Source: Antedon mediterranea (lineage: Eukaryota; Animalia; Echinodermata). From it: a DNA stretch of 64,000 bases. Within the stretch, counting starts at the first letter, position 1; each line of letters starts with the position of its first letter. The notes under the pieces were generated by a model that worked only from the letters and a program-made list of their open reading frames with translations, was not told the origin of the DNA and made no database searches. Positions 49,141-61,305 of this stretch are shown here, piece after piece. A program made the position numbers and the translations under genes. The DNA is taken from the NCBI RefSeq assembly GCF_964355755.1, contig NC_092678.1:18245365-18309364 (forward strand), written 5' to 3'.

Positions 49141-51458
49141 AAAAATATAATATAATATCATAAAGAATATAAAGCAAAATAGTTATTAACATATGATTTA
49201 ATATAATATATATCTATTTTAGTTATTTTGTTTTCCACTTTTAATATTTATTCAAATTCTTTTATTTTGTCCATATACATACTGTATATTCTGTTACCTT
49301 TCAGAAATGTAATATTAGATAAATTAAATTGATCACTGGCGTTTTGATGCCAACCGACAAAATATTACCAAAATAGCCCTTTTGCCAAAACTAACTTTCA
49401 AATGCCTAATAGGTCAATTATATAGGTTGGCTATGCTTATTTGTTGTTATCGTGAAGGTATTTGTGACTATATGTTGCCAAATGTTTTAAAATTACAAAT
49501 CATTGCCAGCTATTGTTTGTGTATCATATGTTTTGCAAAAAGTAAATAAATTAAAATTTTGGATAGGCAATTTTGCAGTAATTTTGTGTTTCGTCTTTTT
49601 GGCAAAAAAAAAAAATACTTTCTTTTATTTAAAAAAATTAAAAATAAACATTTATGCTTAACCTGAAACCTTACATTTGAGCCTGTGGTCATTTGATATT
49701 AAAATAGCCTACAAAAACACTACTACTACTAAATACTTGGTATTTTTTCAGGTGGACAATACATCTTTATATGGACTTATGGAATGCCACAACATGAAAC
49801 CATTTCCTATATTTGATGGTATTTTTTCAGGGGGACAATACATCTTTAAGAGGTATAAGAAAATGGGTCAATAATTAATATGACTCACCCTGTAAGTTCC
49901 TAAGTAGTAACCTTTCCAAGGTATTCCATTATCCCGTCAATCTAATTTTCCTGATACTCGGACATACATGACTGGATTACTTCCTATTATTCCTATTTAT
50001 CCGTGATACAACGTTGAACTTTTTTTAGATGATCAATATACAGTAGTTTTTTTTATGTTCTCTAGAGACAAAATGATCTAATTCCTTTCCCACATCTATT
50101 AATAACTTTTTAATTTCTTCTGTAAGGAAACGTTACTAATGTTGTATTTTACATTTGTTATTATATAAATGACCACTAAGTCTCACCTTTGACATTTGTG
50201 GTTTGCCCGATGAGCTTGAAATAGAATTGTCCATATTTATATGTGTGATGCAATGGGCTTTGTGCACAGTAACCTCTGTGTATATAGCTTGGGTCCCACT
50301 AGGTCGAAATACAAAGACGGATATCTTCCGAAATGTTGCTTGTGATTGGTCAAATCAAAGTTCTTGCCTTTTACGTACAACCTTACAAAACTGTTTTACT
50401 TTCCGACTTTGCTAAATTTGTGAAGAAGCAGGTTCATTTTGTGAAAGTAGATAATAAAAACAAAACCATGTATATTTGTGTAGGCACTATTGTTGGAAAA
50501 GTTCTCTTATTTTATCTTTAACTATTATTAACTTTTGTTCAAAGGTAATAATGCAATTCAATATTTATTTTAATGCCTGGAATATTCAATATTACTGATA
50601 TCTTTATTATTTATAAACATTTTTTTATCATGCCAAAAGGGCAAACTAATATTTCTATCAGATGATTTCAACAAAGACCTTTCCATACCTCAACAAATTC
50701 TAAAAATACTTCATAATGACAACAAAAGTTATCCTGAAAGTAGTAAATGTCTGTTAGAAATCCCCGAAGTTCTAGCATTTGTCAAAGGTCAACCACTAAT
50801 TTAGTTTACAGAAAGTCGAACAAGAAATTATCTAATTTAGAATTTTGACGGGGATGATGTTCCTAAAGGAATACTGTAATTTTACCAAGAAATGCATTTT
50901 GTATTTTATAAGTACAGTATTGTTTCTGAGCAAGATTGTTGATCAGTTGTTTAACTATATGGATGCAATTGTGCTAGCAGAGGTGAGATAGGCCTTTATC
51001 AAAGTATTCTATCCCCTGCCTCTAAAAAGGCCCAACAAAATACCACCCACCACCTGGGGATACCTACAGTTCCAGAGCCTACCAGTACCAGAAACAAATA
51101 TTTACTTCCACCTTGGAATTGCTTAATGACAGTATAATTTCAATGCGTTTATTTTATTGCATTGTCCAAAATCTATTATGTAACAGTTCATTTCAGAAAT
51201 CCAACTTTTGGCTTGATTTTTTTTCACTTTTTGAAAGTATTATTCTGTTAGTATGTTCTGTTCTGTTTTTTTTTGTTACCGCATCGCATATTGTGAGGGC
51301 CAAACAAAAAAATAAAAGACTTTGAAATTTAAGACAAGTTGAAGCAACTGACTGCTCTCTTGTAGGCTGTGTTTTTGTCGAGTTGATCGGATGGTATGTG
51401 GTGGGGTTTAGAAGGACCACTGTCTAAAGCCTTCCACCCAGCCTGGGACTGCTAACTA

Positions 51459-51906
51459 AGCTCAGTCTACACTATCAAACTAGTTTAAACAAAAAAAGTT
51501 TGCTGTACCCAAGTATAGTAGTGATATAATGTCATCGTGTCCATATAGGAGGGCGTGTGGCGCAGTGTGTTGGAGGTTGGACTACCGATCGTCAGACCTA
51601 GGTTCGAATCCAACTCTCGCCGCATTGCTTGTATCCGTAGGCAAGATACTTTACTTACGTTGCCTCTCTCCACCCAGGTGTATAAATGGGTACCCAGTTA
51701 GATCTAGACACAACTGCGCTGGTTACCGGCTGCATTATGGGAGTATGTTTCCATACGTGTTTGATCCCAAAAAATACTGGGGTAATAATGCTTGTAAAGC
51801 GCCTTTGAGCATGATTACTCATGAAAAGGGCGCTATATAAATCTGGTATTATTATTATTATTATTATTATTATATGGGCATAAAGTTTGGTAGTGTAGAC
51901 AGGGCC
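51459..51906. mobile_element. Harbinger-like MITE interrupted by a SINE; family members also at ~3510, 7222, 31665 and 52117-52274
   Basis: TIR gtctacactatcaaact / agtttggtagtgtagac. Confidence 0.75.
51548..51872 (+). mobile_element. Full-length tRNA-derived SINE with CORE-like centre and L2-type tail
   Basis: A box tggcgcagtgtg, B box ggttcgaatcc, ccgtaggcaagatacttt..cacccaggtgtataaatgggtacc, tgtaaagcgcc..ggcgctatataaat, (tat)n. Confidence 0.9.
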
Positions 51907-52116
51907 TTATAATTATAGTAATCTTATTTAATTTAGCCGTCCAAGACTGAATTCATCTCTGTATATTTTAAATTATGGTTTATTGATCAAATAAATAAAT
52001 AAATGAAATGAAAGAATCCTAGACACCCCAGAAATTATTCATTACATAATGCAGTAAAACACAAAACACAGTCACTGCAGGACATGTAATAGTAAACCCC
52101 TTCTTTTGTATTAATG

Positions 52117-52274
52117 TCTGTCTACACTATCAATCTAGTTTGACAGAAAAATGCAATGTGTCCAAACATGGTAGTAATATGCCAAAATATGGTAGTGATA
52201 TGACATCATCATGATCATATATGGGCACATCTCATTTTTTTGTCACATAAAGTTTGATAGTGTAGACAGAGCTT
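52117..52274. mobile_element. Harbinger-like MITE, complete copy
   Basis: tctgtctacactatcaa / ttgatagtgtagacaga. Confidence 0.8.
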
Positions 52275-54828
52275 TTCAGTGGATAGTTTGTACATGAAAA
52301 CAACTTTTGTGATTTTCATATTTTAAGGTTTCGTTGTTCGTTATAAATATTTCTTAAATTAAGTCTGATTGTTGTTAAATGTCTAGACTAAAACTCCTAG
52401 GAGAAAAAGATAATCGTGAGTGTTAAGTTTGAGAAAAGAATAAGCTGTTGAGTTATATCGTTAGCAATTTGAATAAATAGGGGAGGGTGGCTTTAGATGT
52501 GTATTTTGAAATGACTAAGTCTCATAATTACTTCAACTGATTTATCATACATTTGATAATCTTTTTAAGCTTTGGTTATTTCAATGTTATCCAGACTTCA
52601 CCACCCCATTTGTATGGTACAATCGCCTTCGTCGTCAAGATCATTTTAATACTATAATGCGACATTTATATTGTGTTATTTTGTAAAGGTCAGAGCGCTT
52701 TTGAGTATTTGATTGTTCAAAATTATCTAGACGCTGGACTCTGTTTTTGTCGATCATCCAACATACTGCGCCACACGCCCTTACCATTTTCTCATCCATA
52801 ACCAGTTTCACAACAGGCCTATTGATCATAATATTTTAATATTAATAATATATAAATCAATGTGATGTAAGTTTTTGTTCATTTCATTTTGACAAGCAAA
52901 TGAAAGCAATAATTAATGCTATTTTTGAAACTTATGAATCATATCTTGGTGTTTCACATTTGCAAAATGTTTCCTAATGTCATTCACATATCTTTATCTT
53001 GAATCAAATATTAGCAGGCTACAGTTATTATATTTCTGGAAACAACATAATGTTATAATGTAATAACAGTATTTTATATTTGTTGCCCAAATCACGTTCC
53101 AGCCAATCAATTTACCCTAGAGAAAGATGAAACAATCATATATCTCGGTGCAATTAGACATCGAAATTGTATATGGGAAGAAATAATAGGGATAAGTCCC
53201 TTATTTAAGCATTGATTGGTCAATTGTGGTGTAATATTTACCATAGTGTGGCCATCAGAGGACGGTGCCAGCAAGGCAAATGAGGGCTAGGAAATTTTTC
53301 ATTGCAATATATTGCAAGGCTGTGTTGTTGTTTCCTCTATTGAGGTTGACATTGTGGTAACTTTTATTACCTTAACCCATAGAACACTTCATTAAGATAC
53401 ACATAGTTTATTTAATTATCGTAGACTTCAAGAACAGGGTGGCCTTATAATTCGTGATAAATTTAAATATTGAATATGAAATATTAATGTGTTTTTTATT
53501 GTTTTTTTGTGCATTATCTTAGTTACTTTGACATACAGCAACATTTCAAATGTCCCATAAGAATCAATGCTATCATAGCCTTTATGAATTACAAAGATTA
53601 TATTTTAGTCAATTATAATTGATGGATCATGTTCTTTAGCATAATTATCTTATATAAAATATTGCATTGATGATGTAGCACTTTCAGTATTATACAGAAA
53701 CTTTCATTTATACAAGCAGGCCAGCACAAAGTCATATTCCAAGTATGAATAAATCCCGTTTCTCCTGAAATTCACAAGAGACATAGTAGCCTCTAGAACT
53801 CATTTTTGTTTTGCCATTCTGCCTGGCATGCAAGCATAAATATACAGGTTTTAAAAAAGCAATCTTTTGGGGAAAGGCTATGGGTGTGCCATAAGCCCCT
53901 AGAGGTGTGAATGTATAAAGTTTGTGGGACCTGAGTTTTGTACTTGACAGTGTATGGACGACAATTTTTTCTCTCTGGTCCATACGTGTCATACAATTAC
54001 CCCCAAACGGCGTTCATTTGTCTATTAACAATAACAGGGGGTATGATGAATCAATACATCAGGGTAACTTCCTACCTTTCCAAAAGATGAACTGGGTTCT
54101 TTAAAGTTTACAAAAGGGCCAAGATGTGTACTTACACTGGATCCCCAGTTTTAAGTCTTTATCTGAGAAGACTTGTTCTAAAACCACAACAATGATCGAG
54201 AAGTTACTTGAATCCGGGGCAATTTTGGTTTGAGGTGCCCCTGCATTAACCTCTCGGCCACTGAAACTGCAACAGTTCTCCATACATTCTTCCAAAATAA
54301 AAACCATAAAATGCTTTTAAAATTTTTTCTTTAGATGTATTTACAAAATGTTTAAATTTGAAAAAAATGGGTTTTAAAAATAGAATCTGAAATAGTCCAA
54401 CACTATAAATCCTAATCATTTGAAGATTAACCCTACATGTGTTCTGTTTCTTGTTTCATTAATTCTTTAATCTATAGAAACTGTACATGGTCACATAATT
54501 AGTTTATTTATAGTTTATCAATTTGTTATCTATATTATTTTGTCAATGCATAAATTAAGTCTAATTGCGATCATGTGTTTTGCAATGCCCTTTAAATCTC
54601 CCAAAAATGTTATCATGAAATTGTATATAAACTTTAAGCAAAGCCAGAAGAAATATAATCATTATTATAAGAACATTTACCATTCAGTAAAAGTTCATTG
54701 GGGAGAGGGAAGGGTAATGTTTGAAAGCTATTAATAAATTTAAATTTGAATCCAATTTTGTATTTCTTTAAATTAATTTATTAAATCTTGTTATTAATTT
54801 GTATTAAATTATTTATTATATATTATTA

Positions 54829-56065
54829 CTCTAGTACTAGATCAACTTTCGTATGCACTTTGAGGTCCAGAGAATTTGACTTCAGAAATTTGTTTAGGGT
54901 GGTCAAACAATCATTGGTTGGTTACACATTTTGAAAATGTGGCAAAAGGTCAGGGTCAAAGGTTATAAGATCAAACACCATTATGTCCACTACCACCACT
55001 GGTCACAGCGAGGTAATTTTGGTATACATTTATATTCAGTCTAATGGGACATTTTAGTAAAAAATGACCGGAAATGCCATTTCTGACCTTTGACCCACAA
55101 CCCAGGGCATGTATGTATCTCCGTAACTACTGATCGTAGACACTTGTATCTCGGCAACCACTGGTCGCAGCAAGTCAATTTTGGTCTCAAAATGTTCAGA
55201 GGGCATGCATTTATATTCCATCTAATGGGGCATTTTAGTCAAAAATGATCAGAAATGCCATTTCTGACCTTTGACCCACATACCAGGGCATCTTCATATC
55301 TCTGTAAGTACAGGTCGTAGAAACTTAAATTTGGTATCAAATTTTTCGAAATATACATATTTACATTCATTGTAATAGAAAATGTGGTTAAAAGATGAAA
55401 AGAAATACTATTTACTAATGTTTCAAACAAAAAACATATCTACACAACTTATCCTTAGACAGTAATGTTATGCAATAACTGATACTTTAAATTGTTTTAA
55501 TTTCAAGTACTATAGTTATTGCTGTCCCCAAGGACATTTTGATAGAAACGTTAAGCTCAACAGTTCTTTTCAGAATGCTAGAAGTAACTTGCCATATGTA
55601 TCCGATTAAACGCCCCAGGAATTTATTGTTCAAAAAGGTTTTTAGGGGGAAAGGAGGCATCTTTATTTGGGGTATAATAAGGTAACATGTATAATCAAAT
55701 AAATACCACCTAGATGTATCTCAACTGATTAACTTTTTGAAACATTTTTCAAAATGTGTAACAAATAACAAAATATATATTTCGATCAGTTTATACGGAG
55801 ATACATACATGCCCTGGGGTGTGTGTCAAAGGTCAGAAATGTCATTTGAGACCAAAACTACCTCGATGTGACCAGTGGTTGTCGAGATTTAGGGACCTAT
55901 TGTTGTTTAGTTTGATAACCTTTCACCCTGACCTTTTGACCTTTCGCCACATTTTCAAAATGTGTAACCAAGCCAAATATGATTGTTTGACCACCCTAAA
56001 CCAATTTCTGAAGTCAAATTCTCTGGACCTCAAAGTGCATACGAAAGTTGATCTAGCTACTAGAG
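54829..56065. mobile_element. Foldback element with long modular TIRs and TA flanks
   Basis: ta|ctctagt..agatcaactttcgtatgcactttgaggtccagagaatttgacttcagaaatt is mirrored at ~55790-56065; internal ~180-bp repeats. Confidence 0.8.
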
Positions 56066-57937
56066 TATATGTTTATTTCTATTTATGTTAACGTGGAAAA
56101 GCTTTATATAATAATGAACAATTTTTGCTTTTGACAATCCTGGAAATTTTGTTTACTTGTTTTTTTGTTGCTCTGTAATTTTTAAAAGTTGAATAAATCA
56201 AAATCAATAATGTTCCTAGAAATGACTAATTTGTCAGTATGTTGAAATTATCAATTACAAAATGTGGTTTTTAATATTTAAAACAATATTTTTAGATTGA
56301 TTTCCCTCGTGATAAAGACCCACACATAACAGGAATCACATTTAATTGATTTGTTTTGTCAATGTCATGTGACAGAAAGCATGTCATGTAACGGAAACCA
56401 ATACAAAAAAAGTAGTACAGTATTTTCACATTTTTATTGATTTAAAAATGAGGTTTAGTTTGTTTTTTGTTTGTTTTAATTTATTTTTCACAGAGTTGTA
56501 TCAACAATTTGAGATGTGGTTAGTTAGTTTTATGTTGTTTATTGTCTTGCTGCTATAGTAACTGATCATGTGACAGGACTTCCAGTTTGTTAATTAATCG
56601 TGAGATGTAGTGTACTTTACTTGTTTTTTTGCTTGTTGGATGTCAGATTGTTTGCCATAACGACCTGTCATTTGTCGGGACTCTAGAGAGAATATGTTTC
56701 ACACTTGAAGGATGTGGTAAGGGACATTGCTAGGCCTATACTCATGAGGGAATTCTACTGACAAGACTAAACATCAAGTAGAACTACAATAGAACTCCTA
56801 TTATGGGGCCTAACTGTTTGCCTTGCTTATGATGATTTATCCCCTGTACTACTGTAACCACCTGTAAAAACTCCTGGCTACAGGCTGGCTTGTACTCTTC
56901 TCCTTAATACAGAATGGACATATAGTTAAAACATATGTATGTTAGTTTTACAAATGTACTCTTAATAGGATTATCTGCTAAAGAGTGTGTGCCAAAAGAA
57001 GTAGGCCTATTCTCTGTAAATGTCAAAATAACGCTATCAATTTTCTATCAGCTAAGCCTGGCACTTCTGTGGTAACATAATTAACCACCAGTAAAAATAC
57101 TAGATATGAGCTTGGGACTCAGCGTGTCCCCTTAATAGAGGTTGACTATGAAAACACTATTTGGGTGGACAACCAAGCCTGTAATTCATTATTTTCTATT
57201 GGCATATACAGTGCTGATTAGACAACAGAGTATATTTCAACAGTCAACCAAGCTTGTCCAATAAGAAACAGTGAATTTCACCCTTGGTCAACTGTGCAGA
57301 TATCCTTACCATACTGGCCATCAGTATGGTCAACTGCCCCAATAGAACATACTAATTTAAGTATGCAGTATTTCATGTCAGGTTAGGTAGTTTTGTCTTT
57401 TATTAATGGCATTTTATGTAACATGCATGTCTTCTGGTATGTTTGAAATGTAATAAAGATAGCGATATGTAAATATTTGTTTTTTATAGGTTTAAACCAT
57501 CTTCTTTAAGATGTATTTATTTTGATAACACTGCACCTGTTAGCAGGGCCGTAACCAGGATCTGTCAAGGGGGGGTTCGGACACTAAATATTTGGGTCAC
57601 CCCCCCCCCCTGGGGGTGGGGCCTGATGCGAAGCGAATTTTGTTAAATGACACCCCTAGATGGCCGGAAAAGACACTCGTGCAGCATGCTACCAATGAGC
57701 AAAAAGATCGTACTTTTTTCCTTCTTCTCAAACACGTCGATAATTTAAAGGACGATAACTATTTGTTGCCGTATGTTAGATGCGCGTGCTCTGTGCGGAA
57801 CCGCCGATTGTTTGATCATTTACTCCGTATTTTGTTTTGCGTTCAAGTTCAATGCGAACGTACATCTAGGAGCAGCCCCGAAAAAAGCACACTGGTTGAA
57901 GGCAAATGCTATTTGCTAGCTCTATCTATAATATTTA

Positions 57938-59719
57938 CAGACGTTCCAACCTAAATGAATTAAAAATCGGGAGGGTATACCGCCACCAACGTTAACACTG
58001 TGATGTCTGTCGCCACCAACGTTCAATAATAAAACTATACTGTACTACCAACACGAATCTTAAAGGCCAGGTACGGGCAAAAAATTTCTATTGATCATAC
58101 ATTCCAATAATTATCGATCTATAGTTTCCCCATGTTTCATAATTTTTGGGATTTTATTTGTGTTACAGGAGCTTTTTGAAAATTAGATTTTATATCAGTG
58201 GGGGGATAGTTAAAATTACACAGTAAAATCTCTATTCTTTTGTACACAAATTTTGAAAATAGAGAGGCATTTTAAAAAGCTATGAAAATAAACGGTGAGG
58301 TAAAAAATGTTATCAGATGACTAAATATAGGTAATATAACTTGAATTTTACATTTCTGGTATTTTTATTCAACTTCAGAATTTTATTTTCATGCTATAGC
58401 AAAAATTATCCACCGTATATCCACCATCTTTTTTCACCTTCTAGGGAGTCACCAGACATGTTATTACATTATGTTAACTACCTAACTACTGAAAAAAAGT
58501 CTTCCTGGTTTTTTTGGCAGAATTTTGCAAAATTTTGTATTTGACCATATTAGGGGAAATTCATGGTTTTTCATCTTGATTTCTGTTACAAATATTTGAT
58601 TTATGTATAATTAACCCGATATTATATTTAAAATTCATGCCTGTACCTGAGCTTTAAGACAGCTCTTTGCAAATCAGAGTAATACACACAAAAAGAAAAG
58701 AACTTGTTTGGTGATTATAAATCAAACTTTATTTACTAAATTTATATTGTTGTATACACTTAAATAAAAAACCATTCACAGTACAAATCAAATCTGTACT
58801 TAGTTGTATTAATTCATTAACAAAAATACGAATTAAAACAAACAACTTGGAGTGTACATCAACATCGTTGATTCCTCCCTGTGAGCATGACAAATTCACG
58901 TTACAAATAGTGCAAAAAACTTGTATTCACTCTCGGTAACGTGTTGATTACTCGCACTAACAAACGGAAACGTATTTTTCCATTCATTAGAAAATCTACG
59001 CTACTACGCGTTTTTCCGACATACTGTAAAACCAGAAAATGTCACGAGTGATTGCAATTCGTGAAAGTACGTACGCTAAATACAGTACTACAAGTACTTT
59101 TTCGGTACATGTGCAGTGAGAATACATACAGTACTGTACGATGGTACGATCGATGCCTGGGCATTGGAATTGGGTCAAAGAACTTTACTAGCAATTTCAG
59201 TACACGCGCGCCTACTACTGATACTGTAGATTCATCGCGTACTGTCGGTAAACACAAAGGACGTCGCATAGTACTACTACTACTACTACACTGACGATGA
59301 TGCCTTCCCTGGGCATGGGAATTAGGTCAAACTTGTAACCAGGAAAAAGTTTCAGTACACGTGCGCCTACTCTACTGATAAAGCGATACTGTAGCTTCAT
59401 CGCTAAAGGTAAGAATCGCGTACTGTCGGTAAACACAAAGGACGTCGCCTTACAGTACGCTGTACCATCCATATATGCTATACAATCTTTACATACATTA
59501 CATGTTCGTTGTATCATACGGGGTGGTACGTACGACGTGTGAGATTAAATTAATTTGCAATATTAACTTTCGTGGGAAGATAGATTTTAATTTAATGCAA
59601 TAATACTGAATTTTATAGAAATGTGTGAAATCGGGAGATATATTTAAAATTCGGGAGACCGGGAGGTGATGTTAAAATTCGGGAGACTCCCGGATAAATC
59701 GGAAGGGTTGGAACATCTG
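57938..59719. mobile_element. Nested TIR element (cagacgttccaacc / ggttggaacatctg)
   Basis: Flanked by tattta on both sides; cgggag subterminal repeats; internal ~150-bp duplication at 59157-59450. Confidence 0.7.
58064..58653. mobile_element. Kolobok-like MITE
   Basis: ttaa|aggccaggtacgggca ... tgcctgtacctgagct|ttaa. Confidence 0.75.
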
Positions 59720-61111
59720 TATTTATTTACAGCAATTTGTTGAGGAATATAAATATGTAAATAGGTGATATTGATACATTTTAGTACGTATCGGCTGGTG
59801 GTCTAGAAAAAAATAATCGGATGCCATAATGTGAACTACAGTACTTGATACCATAGATATTATAGTGTAAAATATTAATAAATCCTCTATGATACATTAT
59901 ACTTCATAGTCACACATAAATACTGATGTACGTCGGAAGGCTATATACTTTATGCATGCTGCCTGACTGCCAGTGATCTAAACAATTATAGGTACGCAGT
60001 TGTCTGGCGGTGTCCTTTGTACGAATCGTTCGTGCCCCAGTTCGCTATGAGACGCGTCAATATCATGTTACATGCAGGGACCAAACATTTATTTTTCAGG
60101 TTAAAATCGGCAATTCATTTGCAGCTTTTAGAAATTTACAGACACGTATCGCTAGTTGACGCTCATACAGAGAAGAAGGTTCACGAACAAGTTTACGAAT
60201 TTTTCAATTTACAAACAACTTTTTGTACTGTGGGGCACGTATTTGGAGGATTTTTGGAGATGAGGGTGAGGTATTGGGCATGTCGGGGATGGGGGTTCGC
60301 AGTCGGTTAAGGGGGGTTCGCTGTAAAGGGGGGGTTCGCCCGAACCACAAAAACCCCCCCTGGCTACGGGCCTGGTTAGAAGGAAATAATTATTGATGAG
60401 GATGCTGGAGTTTAAATTATATTTATTTTAATTCAATTGTATGTTAAGGTCTTGTCAAACTGTATCTTTGTGAGGGTCCCTAATGATCAGCTTTGGCTGT
60501 ATGGACCACCCTCTTAAAATATGGTGAATATACGAACAAAGTCTTATTATAAGTCTTTGGGAGGGGAATTGTTCTGTCATGAGAAAAACACTATAAAATT
60601 AATCAAGTTGTTTTGTATTGCAGCCATGGACCTAAGTTATAGGTCCATGTTGCAACTAAAGGGAGCCGGTTAAATGACATTTGAGAGAATGTAATTTAAC
60701 CAGATTTGAAATTGCTGCCAAAAAATGGTAATAACTTTTCTTTCACACATTAATAAACCAGTTATTTCCTTACCACAATACAGAGGCATGAATACAGTTG
60801 GATAAATCAACATTTTGTGGTTTATATTGAGAACACTTTTTAATATTTATTTATCCTTTTTTATTATTTTCAAAAACAATACTTCCCATTCATCATATAA
60901 ATTAATGTAGATGTTTTCTGTATACTCTACCCTAACTGTGGTAAAATGTTAGAAAAAGCATGTAGGTTATTTCAGGTCATAGAATGTGTAAAAAACAACT
61001 TTTATTAGATTTGAAGGACAGACTAGGGGCCAGTTTGTATAAGGACATTTTTTTATGTAGGAAGAGTCCACATGACAAAAAAACACTTTTAAAAACGTTA
61101 TCATGAAGACT

Positions 61112-61305
61112 CAGTGGCATAACGCAGAGGCCTGAGGCCCCTGGCTTAGGAACCCCAAGTTGCCCTCCAACGCTGGAGATGTTTTTATCCTTTTTCAACA
61201 TGTTATTTTTATTGCCTGTTTTTTTCTCTGGACACTGCTCAGGGCCCCTATAAGATCCGGGCCCCTGGGTTTAGCCAGTGAGCGCTCATAGCCATTACGC
61301 CACTG
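61112..61305. mobile_element. hAT MITE
   Basis: cagtggcataa / ttacgccactg; 8-bp TSD tgaagact / tcaagact (7 of 8 match). Confidence 0.75.

Larger units (their letters stand above)
57544..60374. mobile_element. Non-autonomous CAG..CTG element with a 5-bp TSD (hAT-like)
   Basis: gttag|cagggccgtaaccagg ... cctggctacgggcctg|gttag; ggggttcg subrepeats at both ends. Confidence 0.75.

Noticed and set aside
51548-51625. tRNA gene
   Set aside because: A and B boxes are present but there is no proper cloverleaf, and it continues into a SINE core and L2-type tail
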